DNA from: Tricharina praecox | Taxonomy: Eukaryota | Length of the DNA stretch: 64,000 nt | Assembly: GCF_024521635.1 (NCBI RefSeq) | Contig: NW_026250411.1 | Location: forward strand, 682,001 to 746,000 | Reading direction: 5' to 3' | Part shown: positions 15,137 through 30,242 of the stretch, piece after piece | How positions within the stretch are numbered: position 1 is the stretch's first letter | How the letters are laid out: every line of letters starts with the position of its first letter | Position numbers and translations under genes: made by a program | Notes under the pieces: model-generated | Database searches by the model: none | What the model saw: only the letters and a program-made list of their open reading frames with translations | Told to the model about the DNA's origin: nothing

Positions 15137-17328
15137 CTACTCTTGAAACGTCTTCTTCAGCTGTTCGAAATGCTGTTTCTGCTCGATTGCCAGCCTGCCA
15201 TCCGTATCCTATCGAGTCGTTAGCAATTTTTGATGTAGCGGGGGAGTAGGTGAGGTGCTCACGGAGATAATCGTTAAGACCAGCGAATAATTGTTCAGCA
15301 GGAACCGCTCCCTCTTCCTAGCATCACTAATACCACTGCTTAGCTTCGTGAGGAACGCTTCAAAATCGCTTCTGAGCCTTCCGAGACTCCGTTGTACAGG
15401 CTCATCATCTCCCGCCTCGGCGCTGAGCGAAAGCAGTCCATGTAGTAAGCTCGCAAAGCGTTGGGTTAGGAAATGTGGCGCGGCACTTTGCTTCGCAGCG
15501 GGACCGGAGACGGCGGCGAGCATGCGAGTATTGTTGATATTTCGGCGGAGCGACTCGCACTGCGCGTCCATCACTAGCTGGAAGCGAGGCCAGAGAAGCA
15601 TGTTGGTTGCGTTAAGGTAACCTTCGGCAGCGGGGATGCGACGCTTTTGCATTTCAAAGAGGGCATATTGGTTTAGCCTTACGCAAAGGAGGATGCCAAG
15701 AGAATCGTAAGTGTTGTCGACGAGGGTCTTGGTGAAGGCTCTTCCAAGGGCGAAGGTTTGCTCGAAGATACTGTTGAACATGTGGGATAACTGGTCGTGC
15801 TTCTTGTGTGAGAAGAATTCGCTGATGAAGGTGTACTCCGCTGAGCAGTTTTCCATCAACGCCGTGTTGAAGTGGCGGAAGTGAAATTCCAGGTAGTGTG
15901 TAGTCCTATCGTCTTCGGCTTGGTAGGCCGCCATAATGGGAGCTGTGCGGTTGCGGAGTATCTCAATTCGTCGACCGATGTTGAATGGATCGTACGTCGC
16001 CGCCACGGACCCCTTAAGACCAGGGATGAGACCACCCTTCCGTGCTGCCTCTTCCTGACCGAGCACGTCATTCTTGTCCATTACGTGCAGCTTCAACTTC
16101 TCAAACGTCTTGTGGTATCGTTGAAAGTGCGTCGAGTAGTACCACCGCATGGTGTTTGTATACGCCTGAGCGATTTCCTCTGCTAGCTGTGCATGATGGT
16201 TCGCCATGAATTGGAATAGCTCTTGGTATCGTAGGAAACCCTGCTGCTGGATGAGCTGCGAATTGGCACCCGGTATCCGCAAAGCCTTGATTCTAGACAC
16301 GAAGAAATCTCGCACTCTTTCAATAGTCTGATGGCCCCAATTAGTCCCCATATCGCATAATACTGCCAGCCAATGGGTAACACCTTATGTGTGATCTTCT
16401 CCAGCTCCGGCTGAACCTCCTGCACAGCTTTCACTTTTGCCGGGTCTTTGGATTCGATTGCCTTGATCCTCCTATCCGTATCATGTAGAGCCTTAACCCA
16501 AGTATCATTAACATCGCCCTCGACCAGCCGCCTAACATCGTTAGGCGGCAGTATAAGATCATCCACGATCGGCCCGAGCATCATTTCAACCGCCTTCCGG
16601 TTTCCAAGTTGCCTGTCGAGACTCATCGACCGGTTCTGAAGAGTCTCAATCTCGCCGCTGACTGTACCTAGATCGACCTGAAACGCGGATAGATACGACT
16701 CGACAGATTTCAGCACCTCGTCGCACGCGGTGATGCTGCGGTGCAGGTCCTGGAATTTATCCTTCTCTTTCTCATCTGCGCCCATCAGCCATCATCCCCA
16801 CAATCGCCGGGAGAGAAACCAACATTCCCCAACCGATTGCTCATTATACTCCCTCTTCCTCCCCACCGCACTCCCAAGCTCCTCCTCTGCCTTCATAACA
16901 AACTCGTCCAGACTCAGCCCAGCAAATGCTACATTCTCCGCATCCCGCGCCTCCGGCATCCACACCTCGCCTTTCCCCGTCACCAGAGGCGCACCGAGTA
17001 TCCCCTCCAGAACATTCAGCGGATTCCTAACTCCCGGCGGCGCCGGGGCCGAAACTGCCTTTCGATACCCCAGTTGGTTCCCCTTGATCGGTAAGGACAC
17101 CGTCGACGCGTTGGGTGTGTTCCCTCCGGCGAGGCTCATCATGCTGGATCTGTGGGACAGCGCGGGCCGCACAGCAGAGGCGTTGGGCCATCGTCCGAGT
17201 GGACTGGGAGCATAGTTTCGGAGCTGTGGGGCGAGGTTGTTGTTGTTTGGGGGTGAAGGTGGACGTGGGGGTGGTTGCTGCTGCTGCTGTGAGAGGGAGG
17301 AGGAGGACCAGTTGCCCGGTCTCCACAT
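15137..17328 (-). CDS. VPS52: GARP complex subunit Vps52/Sac2, 4 exons
   Basis: FQDLHRSITACDEVLKSVESYL, IKALRIPGANSQLIQQ, TMRWYY, LWPRFQLVMD, FLLNNYSLVLTIIS; spliced final exon ends at TAG 15137. Confidence 0.93.
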
Positions 17329-17998
17329 TTTGCTAGCTAGGGCGTGCGTGCCAGTAAGTGCCGGACCGATTGGTTTTGTGAGTGAAGGGTGGAGGGATTG
17401 AATAGTTCAGAGCCCAAGGCCGCGATGGAATGGTTGGTAGGAACTGTAAATACTTCGGTAAATGATACCCTGGCAGTTCCAAGTAAGGAGCCGCAAGACG
17501 TAGACGGGAGCTGTGGTAACTAACTGGCTAGGGTTGCCGAGCCGAGAGTTGCAGTCTGTCACTCGGTTTTGTCCATGGAGGGTTTTCACCATGTGATAGA
17601 CTTTCGTCACACCGGAAGAAGGTTCACAAGAAAACCCGTGGCTGCGTGGGTATTTGTACGTTTGGGTGATTATGAGAAGTACATCACGTGTATCTGTATT
17701 TGTACCTGCATAAAGGATCGCCATGGACTCAAAGACAAGCTAACAGGGAATACACTTCATGAAAGACTACGGAGGGAAACATCCTACCAGAAGCCTCGAG
17801 CGAAGATGGTGGGCTACATGGAAAGTCCGGCTAGGAATGGACAGAATTCTAGAAAAGGTCACAGTTTGGCTAAAGCAAGAACGCATCACAGTAGAACATT
17901 TGAATTCTCATATTCGGTTGTTCTTTTTTTATTCGTGACTACCGAAGTGTGTCTCCACACGAGTATCCACCTTTCCCCAACCCATCCGTGTTCTTCCT

Positions 17999-18726
17999 CT
18001 AAGCGTTGGAAGACAGGATGTCAGAGTCACCCTGGTCAAGAATGGCCATGGTGGAGCAACGGAAGAGCTTTCCGCAAGCGGTACCGAGCTCAATCTATAT
18101 CCCCAGACAGAACGAGTCAGCAAAGCGGGTTCCCTCCAAAGCAGAAGTTTCTTGCTTCTTCTCAGGGATGAAGACCCGGCTTTCCGATCCACTCAATTGC
18201 CACGGAGCAGGTGCGACAATTGAAAGCTTCTTCTCGGAAACTGGGTCTTCACGGACGAGTCGAGGTAGAATAAAAACATAGGGAGGGGTTCGTACGTTGT
18301 TTCCAGCGAAGTGGTGGACGTTGCACTTGCCCAACATGGAGTAGTACTCGAGCTCAGACTTCCTGAGAGGAGGGGTGTTGCCTAAGAACAACCATCAGCA
18401 CATTAAACCTTCCAATGTATGCTCGCGATAGTGCCTCATCCGGATGGCGCCATCAACTGTAGCGGTCGAGGCGTATGCTCTGGAGGGATTTATCGCGGGT
18501 GGTTTGTAGACGTACCAGCAATGATGACGAGCTTGGCCTTGCCGGAACGGAGAGCCTTCAGGGTCGACTTGTATCCGAGCACGTACTTTCCGGACTTCAT
18601 AACAAGCGCCAAGCGCGAGTTAATGGAGTCGGAGCCGGTCTTCTTGGTCTTCTTGGTGGGGGCTGTCGCATATCGTCAGTACGTGAGAAAAACAGATGGC
18701 GGAACCGGCGGGAGAAGCATACCCAT
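17999..18726 (-). CDS. RPL30: 60S ribosomal protein eL30, 4 exons (ATGG micro-exon; introns about 18663-18722, 18383-18515, 18095-18295)
   Basis: [51 protein letters not shown]. Confidence 0.97.
18131..18251 (-). promoter_or_regulatory. Two tandem kink-turn hairpins in RPL30 intron 3 (putative eL30 autoregulatory element)
   Basis: Hairpin 1 (18251-18169): UUUCCGA-GAA-GAA-GC...GU-GGA-UCGGAAA. Hairpin 2 (18168-18131): UCCC-UGA-GAA-GAAGCA...UGCUUU-GGA-GGGA. Both fit C-stem / 3-nt bulge / tandem G.A / NC-stem. Confidence 0.75.
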
Positions 18727-18883
18727 CTCTGCACTTCCGTTTGGTTGTTGGTTAAAGGGTTGTCGGGGAAGTACTCCGGTAAATTTGGTCGTTATTTGTC
18801 GTTGAAGATTGTCGGCTGTGAACTTGCTAGACTTTTCCTAGGTGAAAGTTCAAGAAGATTTGTGGGTGTTGTGGACCACGCTA

Positions 18884-18908
18884 AGTGACTGGTGTAGGGT
18901 TAAGGGCC
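18884..18908 (-). promoter_or_regulatory. Ribosomal-protein promoter motifs (Homol-D-like CAGTCAC and CCCTA/Homol-E-like)
   Basis: Minus strand reads GCCCTTAACCCTACACCAGTCAC about 160-180 nt upstream of the RPL30 ATG. Confidence 0.5.
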
Positions 18909-19029
18909 TGGCACTTTAGTCACTGATCATCACTCGAATAGGTAGTCCAATTTATAGAAGACAGAATTCTAGTAAAATAAACAGAAAATAAATGGTATTG
19001 CCTTTTGGACCCTTTTAACTCCTCACCAC

Positions 19030-20624
19030 TTATAGCTTGATGCTCATGTCCTTATAATCAAGAGCCAAAGCGACTGCTCCCACCGCTGCGAGATACGCCG
19101 TCAATATGCCCATAGCTTCCACCCGTCCCATATCCAGTGTCTTGATCGTAACGTTCACAAGCCCTGTTAGGAGATTCGCCTATCTCACGTCAGTTACCTT
19201 TTCTAGCAGAAGTGTAAGGGTCACTCACCATTAAAAACACAGCCAATCCATTGCGATTGAATGCATTAAGCACTCTAGGAACATTGAATTTATATGCCTC
19301 CTTCTCATGGACCACTCCGGTCTGCCGCTTCGAAAGGAGTAGTCTCTCAACTAGGTAAAATGCGACCAACTGTGTGGTGTTGAAAGCAGCAACCCAAAGA
19401 ACATATGAAAGATTCGCTAGTCTCCTCGAGACACCGATTCCTAGGCCCTGATATTCATTGCAGCCAATGAATGCAAAAACCCAGAACGCCGCCCAACCCA
19501 ACATCGTCTTCAACATCTTCGACTTCTTGGGATCAACTGCATCGTCTCGGGGGAGTACGTAGGTGCCGGATGACATTCCAGCCAGGAATATAGCAAGATA
19601 GCCGGCAAAGCTGCTTGCACCTTCTTTGTTCATTCCTAGAAGACCGTACTTGTGGCGGTCGCCAACGAGGACATATTCCTCTAGACCTGTCGTCTTCAAA
19701 ACGATCTGGTAACCCACCGCAACGAGCAGAGTGAGGACCGTGTAGATGACTGTTGGGTTCCGGTTCCCGGTGGGGATCGATTGTAACAGCGCAACGAACG
19801 GCGGTAGGAAGCCGAGGGTGAAGAAGAAATTCCAGTGCACTCCGTACTCCGTCACATGCTCGGCGTAATCTACGCCTTTGACCATAGCTAGCCGCACAAA
19901 GCCTAGAACTAAAAGTGGCAAAGAGCTGCGCATAGCAGTCTTCATCCTTCCCAGAAAGGACACCGGACGGCTAGAAGATGCGAGGTATTGCTTGACCACT
20001 GTACGCGCCGACACAAGCCCCGAGGAAAACACGAATGATCCAACACCAAGGTCCATCAATGATGTACCCCAGTTCTCGACCTTTGCGAACCGCCGGGGGA
20101 AGACGTGGAAGTCGACCGCCAGGATGGCAACGCACGTGATGACCATCATGCTACCGCGGTACACAGTGAGGAATGCTTTCTTTGGCAGCAGGTCCTGACT
20201 CTTCTCGCTGCCTTCGACAACATCCTTGGACTTTGAAATGTTGGGCCTTGCAGTCTTGGGTGGTTTCGAAGTGGTGAAGTAGATGAGGACAGCTGGCGAC
20301 AGCACAAGTATGCTCAGGAGCAACGGCTGGGCAGAGTATAGGGTCGTCGCGAGAAGAACGAGAACACAGTTGATGAGGAAATCGATAGCCAATTGTGCCG
20401 GTCCGTAGGAGGTAAAGAGGCACAGACGGGATTGGAGAACCGCGAAGAAGACATACGAGACCTATGAGACCATTGTTAGCATTCCCGAAGCACACTCATT
20501 TGCAGGGGCGTGAATTTACAGGAGCTATGGCAGTGACAAGGTTGATCTCAGTGATTGATCCTCCCGTAAGGTTGGAAACAAAAGCTTCTTTCCGAAGCTT
20601 GTACAGCTCCTCCGGCGTTTTCAT
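19030..20624 (-). CDS. GWT1: GPI inositol acyltransferase, 3 exons
   Basis: KEAFVSNLTGGSI, ILAVDFHVFPRRFAKVENWGTSLMDLGVGSFVFS, EHVTEYGVHWNFFFTL, SRRLANL, NRNGLAVFL. Confidence 0.96.
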
Positions 20625-20841
20625 TGTGACAATTGCGGCGTTGTTTATGGTTTAAAGCACAGATCGCCGGAGAAATGCCGTGACGTTGTCCTGTGCGACG
20701 GGGGTTAGGGGTCCTCACGTCTTAGCGCAATGTATACTAGAGCACATATCAAGCTTTCATGGTTCAGGAGCTATTTCCCTTCACAACTACACCAGCACTT
20801 TGATGACCGACGTGCTTCTGAATACCATATCGACAGCGAGA

Positions 20842-22431
20842 ATGGCAGAACCAGGAGTCAATGGAGATGTTCCAGTCGTTAATGTCTTCAGCATGAATTG
20901 CTGGGGAGTAAGTTTAAGCGATTCTCACTTGGAAGCTTCCGCTGACAATGACGACAGCTCAAGTACATTGCTTTACACCGCGTCGCCCGTCTCAACGAGA
21001 TATCGCTTCGAATAGCTCGTGCGTCGCCATCCCACGATATCGTCGCGTTGCAAGAATTCTGGGTCTACGCCGATTACCTTAATCTGCGCCAGAAGACCAA
21101 GCACATCCTCCCCTACGGAAAGTTCTACTTCTCTGGTTCAATCGGGGGCGGTCTGGTCATCTTATCCAAATGGCCGATCGAGCAGAGCAGCATGTTCCGG
21201 TACCCCCTCAATGGGCGACCTACTGCGTTTTTCCGAGGTGATTTCTACGTGGGGAAGGGTGTGGCCTGCGCTGCGATTCGGCATCCGAGTGGGCGGACTA
21301 TTGAGGTCTTCAACACACACGTACGATAACTCTCGTCACACATAACTAGCTGTTGCTAACGCGTCCTGGTAGTTGCACGCTCCATACGAGGAGAAGGACA
21401 CATACCTCTGCCACCGCACCGCGCAAGCCTGGGAAATCGCCAAGCTCCTACGGGGTGCAGTTCAGAAGGGCAATGTAGCCATCGGAGTAGGCGACTTCAA
21501 CATGATCCCGTCGTCACTCGCACACCGCCTCATCGCCACCCATGGAATGGTATCTGACAGTTGGCTTTCGGCGTACCCCACAACGCCTGACATTCACCCC
21601 CCGGGTGCGAATGCTAAGTTCAATATCGAGATCATGGGAGCGACATGTGACAGTGTTCTCAACACCTGGAGGATGCCGGGGCTAAAGTTGCCCCCATCAG
21701 ACACTGTTGACCCGCGCGGTAAACGTTTGGACTACGTCTTCCATTCACCGGCCAATTCTTCTATACGCAGCGTAAAGGTCGGCATGATTGAACCTATGGA
21801 TATGCCATCACAAACTGGGGGCAAGGGTGGAGCCGGGAGAAACTGCAGTCTCTCGGACCACTTCTCAGTAGAAGTGCAGCTAGCTCTCGCGCCGAATTAC
21901 GAGCAGCAACGCGAACTGGCCATGGCAAGGAACCCGAATCCTACCTCTAACGAATCACTCATAGACATCGCCGGCTCTGCACGAGCACATGAGGCCGAGA
22001 TGCCGCATCAAGCTGGTGAGGTATCTGGCGAGAAATACTTGCCGATGGACATCATCGACAAAATATTCGCTGTGCAGAGAGAGTACACGGCTCGCGAGGT
22101 GAAGGAGAAGTTTTGGCGCATTGCCCATTTCTGGGCTTCGATACCCGTGTTGATCCTTTTGCATGTGGCTATATGGTGGAGTCCGCATAATGGCGTGTCG
22201 TTCTTGATCATGCTCCTCGGATGGGTGGTTGCGGTCACCGGTGTTATGGATGGTTTGATCGGCTTTATCTTCACTGGCAGTGGTATGTATTCCCTTTCAG
22301 CTGTTTTGGAACAAGCTAATCGATGTCCAGAGCTGCGAGCACTCACGGAGTTTGCAGAAGAAATGAGCATGTACCGGCACCTTGCAGAGATGTCTAGCGA
22401 CAAGAACGACGTAGAAGCTGGTAAAGATTGA
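20842..22431 (+). CDS. ISC1: Inositol phosphosphingolipid phospholipase C (neutral sphingomyelinase family), multi-exon
   Basis: MNCWGLKY, IVALQEFW, NGRPTAFFRGDFYVGKGVA, NTHLHAPY, GDFN, RLDY, SDH; two C-terminal TM helices. Confidence 0.95.
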
Positions 22432-23002
22432 TTTCTGTTACATACAATCATCAGCTCTTGCGGACGAGGTTAACATTGGTGTTCGTTGTTACAGGTCGTC
22501 GGCGTTGAGCGTTGTTTCTGAATTTTGGTTTGTATTTGCTTGGAAATGTGTTGGGAGGAATGTGTAAACTAGGAATACTTGTACAAGTCGTACAATCATA
22601 GAGCTCGTTCGGCCACTCTAAGAGGCAATGAAATCGTGGAATTTTAACCCAATTCAAGGCGAATAAGCTCATTACTGTAATAACATTTGACGATGGTTGT
22701 GATCGATCGATAAAGATTATTTCTCTAAGTAGCTTAACATTACCTTTTTCACTTGCGCTCCCAGTAAACGGGCGGATCAAGAATAATGAGAGAGCTCGTG
22801 GAGGACCATGTCACGATGGGCCGAACCTCTTGCTGCTCTCCATGGCGTACACCGAGTGATGTAATCAAACTGAATTAAGAACAACACAACACCACGAAAG
22901 AATATCAGACAAGGAATCATCGGCCGCGATTGTCTATCAACAACAGGATATACCCTCTACCACCATCCGTGACGTTAACCATCTTCCTTCCTCTCCCCCC
23001 AC

Positions 23003-23586
23003 TTAAGCTACTTTCGCAGCATTACGGTGCGGCTTCGGGTGAATATCGATAACGGCATTGACCAGTTCCTCGGCGACCTTGGGTGACTTTTCCTCGCCCA
23101 CGGTCTTGATCTCTTGTAGCTTCGCTTCGACCTCACGGGTTGACTCCTGCTCAGCTTGCGCATTTACGCCGGAATGCTGCCAAAGCGTCAGCGATGTCTA
23201 GAGAGAGAGAGAGAGAGAGAGCGGGCGGATAAGCACCTCCTCCTCGAATTTCTTGAACTCGGCCTCCTTCTGCTTCTTGTACTCTTCGATCTCCTTCTGT
23301 GCCTCGCTGCGGGCTTCCTTTACTTTCTGTGTTCGGTCTGCCAACCGTTAGCTCGAGTGATAGCGAGCGATACGGTTTACGAACATGTCCTCGCTTTCTG
23401 CACGATCTTTTGAGCATCACGCTCGGCCTAGAAATCCGTGAGCAAGCGCCGTTCCGCGAGATAGGTAGATGGCGGGGTGCGAGTACATCGAGGAGCCGTT
23501 GGATTCCGGCGGAGTTCTGGGCTGACTATTTTCGCTCAGTTAGCTTCAGTGCCATCCTTGGAGCTTTGGAGAGGTCGAGATACCAT
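23003..23586 (-). CDS. VMA10: V-ATPase V1 subunit G, multi-exon (ATG-only first exon)
   Basis: M|SAQNSAGIQRLLD|AERDAQKIVQKAR..RTQKVKEARSEAQKEIEEYK across GT..AG introns. Confidence 0.93.
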
Positions 23587-23733
23587 TATTTATTGCGGTG
23601 GGGAAAGATGAGGTCGAACGTGGAGGTGTTAGGTAAGTTGTTGGAGCTGGCTGGCTGGGGGGCCGGGGGAGTGACGACGGCTGGCTTGGTTCCAGTTCCT
23701 GGTTGCGAGCCGGGTAATGGACCTTTAATTTGA

Positions 23734-26402
<2,669 letters not shown>

Positions 26403-26933
26403 ACCGGACATGATAATGGATGGGGCTAATTGGTTATACTTGATTGATTGATTGGTTGGGTGCTCGATTGTATCATAGCTGAGTTTTTTTCTTCCTAAAT
26501 TATTGAGAAGTGTGATGAGACGCATGTTATGCGTCCGTATATTTACAAACTGGTGTCTGGCTGAGTCTGGCTGGCTTCAGGTGTTTCTGTCTCGTAAAGG
26601 AGGCCAGGGGACAAGCTTTTAAGCGAGAGCCACTAATGCAGCCTCCATTGCGGGACCATTCTTTTTCATCGGGCGGTGGCTCGACAAGCAACAACACTCT
26701 GTGGACAAACATCCATGGCTGTCCATGATCGATTGAGTCTTTGTTGCCACAGTAGAATCCTGCAATGTATCTGCATAGCACAGAATCTCACTCGATCGTG
26801 AATCCCGTGATGAAAGCCTAGAGCCCCAAAAAAGCAAACTTTTGTGCCATCCGAACGCCTCATCCCCACCCACAAGACTGTCTATGTATTCCATTTTCCC
26901 TCCTTCCCGGCCGCTCTCCCGGAGACCTCCCCA

Positions 26934-27368
26934 CTAATTCTGCCTCGGTTTAACAACTCCATCATGAACAAAATAGTATGCCACAGCGGAGTCCTCCGCG
27001 ACAACAGCGAGCAGCAGCCTCTTCTTCCTCGTGGCGCCCTTCGCATCGCTCCCCCACACGCCCGCCGGCATCGCATCAAACACCTCCGCCATCTTCCGCG
27101 GACTCCACTTCTCGCGCAGGTCCACGGGGAGAACCCACTCCACCTGCTGCTTCGCTTCGGCTGACGGAGGCGCGTGCGGGTCCGCGTCTGGGTCGGTGTA
27201 TACCGGGGAGGGTGGGACGCCCGTTAGGAGGGGCCGCGGGAGGGTGGAAGAGGCAGGGTGTGTGCTGAGGCTGGTCCATAGCGCGGACGACTCGAGGTGT
27301 CGGTGCACGATCGTTACGAGGTGGGTGTGCGCCGCTTGCGCGGCGGGGGTGTAGCTGGCGGTGGACAT
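26934..27368 (-). CDS. SEN15: tRNA-splicing endonuclease subunit Sen15
   Basis: EWVLPVDLREKWS..F, LLLAVVAEDSAVAYYFVHDGVVKPRQN C-terminus; first ATG at 27368. Confidence 0.88.
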   Translation of the reverse strand: MSTASYTPAAQAAHTHLVTIVHRHLESSALWTSLSTHPASSTLPRPLLTGVPPSPVYTDPDADPHAPPSAEAKQQVEWVLPVDLREKWSPRKMAEVFDAMPAGVWGSDAKGATRKKRLLLAVVAEDSAVAYYFVHDGVVKPRQN

Positions 27369-27839
27369 CGTGGGGGCGCCGTCGTAGCCGTGAGGGTAGG
27401 AGCGTGGTGCGTTTCGAGGTGGAGGTATTCGTGCGTTTCGAGGTGGTGATGGTGGGGTGGATGAGACGGGACGGGGGAACTCCACTAGTGAAGTCAGATT
27501 GTGAGTCGCTACCCTAGTCAGCCGGCCAACATCGAGTCGGGATAGCTGTTGCACGTCGAACTGAGGGGAAATTCATAATCCTCTTGCCTCTTGGCACCGT
27601 ATCCTCCCGAAAGCCATTGTGTCGCGCGAGTGAATCCAATCGAGAGTCTGGGGAAACTGGCGAAGATTAATGACGGCTAGAAGAGAACCCGCGGCCGCTA
27701 ATTACTCTAGAGTGGTTGGAGAGCTCCACGCCAAGCCGTACAACTAGGTGACACCCGCAACAACACCTCCCCCCACCTCCGTCCATCATCACCACGCAGC
27801 TCATCTTCACCCCAATCAACTCGTCTACCTCATCTAATC

Positions 27840-28652
27840 ATGCCGGTAAGCTTCCTTCTGCTCCTCCGCCATCAACCACTACTTCCAGGCTCACACCGCA
27901 GGCCTACCACTCCTCGTTCCTCCGCGACACCGAATCGCGCGTAATCGGTACCTCCCCTATTCACCATTCCGCATTCCCATTCCTATTCAGCGTGCACGCT
28001 CGCATCCACATCTCGTCTAACCCCTCCTCCCCCAGGTAACTTCGGCCTCCCCGCGCTGCGCACGAAAACGCGCGGACCCGCCTACACGCTGCCAGCGCTT
28101 CCCGCGGGCACGAGCGACCTAGACATCGACCCGGACAGCGAAGCGTACGACATCCTGGACGAGACGCTGACGCTGTTCCGCGCAAACACTCTCTTCCGCA
28201 ACTTTGAGATCAAGGGCCCCGCCGACCGCGTGCTGATCTATGGAATCCTGTGGATCTCTGAGTGTCTGGGGCGGGTCAAGCCAGCCATGAGCATGCGCGA
28301 TGCTGAGAAGGTAAGCTAGCTCCTCTGGATGGATGCGAGAGGGAGAGGAAGAGGGAGGGAGGGAGGGAATGTTGTACTGGGGACTGATGCGACGCATGGG
28401 GACAAATAGGCACTGCAGGCGGCGGCTCTCGATCACTTCGCCTTGCCTGGTGATCCGGCTTTCCCCCTCAATGCGCTCTACCAGCCGCCCAAGGATAGGA
28501 ATGAGGCCGATACCCTGCGTGGATACATCGGGCAGATGAGGCAGGAGCTGGCCGCGAGGCTGGTGGTTAGGTTGTATGCGGATGGAACTGGCAAGCCAAG
28601 TAAGTGGTGGTTGAGCTTTAGCAAGAGACGGTTTATGGGGAAGAGCCTGTAA
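27840..28652 (+). CDS. ARC18: Arp2/3 complex 21 kDa subunit (ARPC3), 4 exons
   Basis: MP|AYHSSF, YDILDETLTLFRANTLFRNFEIKGPADRVLIYG, PGDPAFPLN, PSKWWLSFSKRRFMGKSL. Confidence 0.96.
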
Positions 28653-28840
28653 GCGATGAAGGGATATCATAGAACGGAGCAACGAATTGGATTGTATTGA
28701 GGTGAGATGCTACATGTTTTCACTAGCACGAAAAGTTCGTGCGCCTTTGCTTGTAAATTCATGCATTCCCATGATAGGTAATAATACATCGGATATCGCT
28801 CCAGTTCCAGTTCCACAAACGCCCATTGATTTCGTCTGCC

Positions 28841-29590
28841 CTACTCCCTCTCCAAAATGACCAGCAACCCCATGATTCCAAGCAAAACACTCTTTGCCCA
28901 CGGATGCTCACTCAGCAGGATGGTAACGTATCCCACAAACGGAATGTACCCAACCACGCTGCCAATCACCTCCTTCTCCCGGTCGAGATAGAACTGGTTG
29001 CGTGCGTACAGCTCGGTATCGTCCGCATGGTTGTTGTCGCCCTTCGTGAGGAGGTTCAGGGGCGTAGTCCTATAGTACATCCATCTATCAGTTTCCACAT
29101 GCCGGATATGCACCTGGGGGCGGGTGGTGGGGGACGGTGGGGGGATACATACTCTCCCTTATGGCGCCTGACGACTCTGTGCACGATGGGAATATCCTTT
29201 CCGACAACGTTGTAGACGACGATCTCGCCGACCTGTGTGCCGGGCGAGTGCTCGTGCGCAGGCGGACCCGCGTACTGGTTCATTCCCAGGTTGCGATTCC
29301 AGAGGAACAGCAGGTCGCCGCGCTGGAAGGCTGGCTCCATACTACACGCCGGAACAACTTAGCTCGCGCACACAGAGAATGGTGGGAGGGGAGGGAGAGA
29401 GGGGGGATAGGTACCTCCCCGACAGCACGACGACAATGGGACTGGGCGAGTCCGCGGCGACGCTGAGGCCCTTCCAGATCATGAACGCGGAGCCCAGGAT
29501 CAGTGCGAAGTTCAGGACCTGCGAGAGGATCTGGCGGGGCTTGAGGCGGCGGAGCTCCGAGAGGCCGAGTTGGTTGAGAAGGTCGTCCAT
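28841..29590 (-). CDS. SEC11: Signal peptidase complex catalytic subunit, 3 exons
   Basis: [51 protein letters not shown]. Confidence 0.96.
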
Positions 29591-30242
29591 GGTTTTTGCT
29601 GTCTTTGCGGGCGGGGAGCTACACTGTAGCTGCGAGCTTCGGTCGTGGGCGTGGAGGGAAGGTTGATGTTGGTGCGCACTGTGTGTGGATTGGTTGGACA
29701 CGTTGTAAATAGCGTAGACCCCGTGTAACGTTCCCAGATGCCACAATTCTTAGCGTGGCTTTGCGGGGTTCATAGTGGATCACTCGCTTCACTTCAAGCG
29801 ACGCTCGATTTCGCGGTCGTATGTGGACGTGCGCTTGGTATCGTACGAATGGTATTTCGATTTATTGAGGGGTGGTCTCTGCCGTCATCGGTATAAATGC
29901 CCGCTTTTGAACGGACGGAAGAGACAGGACGGAATGGTGGAGGAGCCTGAGCTCCGGAAAGACTGACGGACGGGACAGGACGGGCTGCTAGGGACGCTGT
30001 CGACAGGCTTCACAACAGTCCCGAACATCAACACGTAGCAACATGCACAACGGGTAACTACGTTGATCATGTACTAAACCCTACATATACTGAGCCCTAG
30101 ATCCCTGATCTTTCCCGAGGTCCTAGCAAAACGAACTGATGCAATAACTAATCATCGCTGAACCGTGAAAGTCAGCGTGGCTAACCTTCTGCAAACTCTA
30201 TTCTTTGGTCGTCGTCGGTATCTATTCTATATAGTATGATAT

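Noticed and set aside
17569..18171. 200-aa plus-strand ORF
   Set aside because: Antisense to the RPL30 last exon and 3' UTR; no protein-like features.
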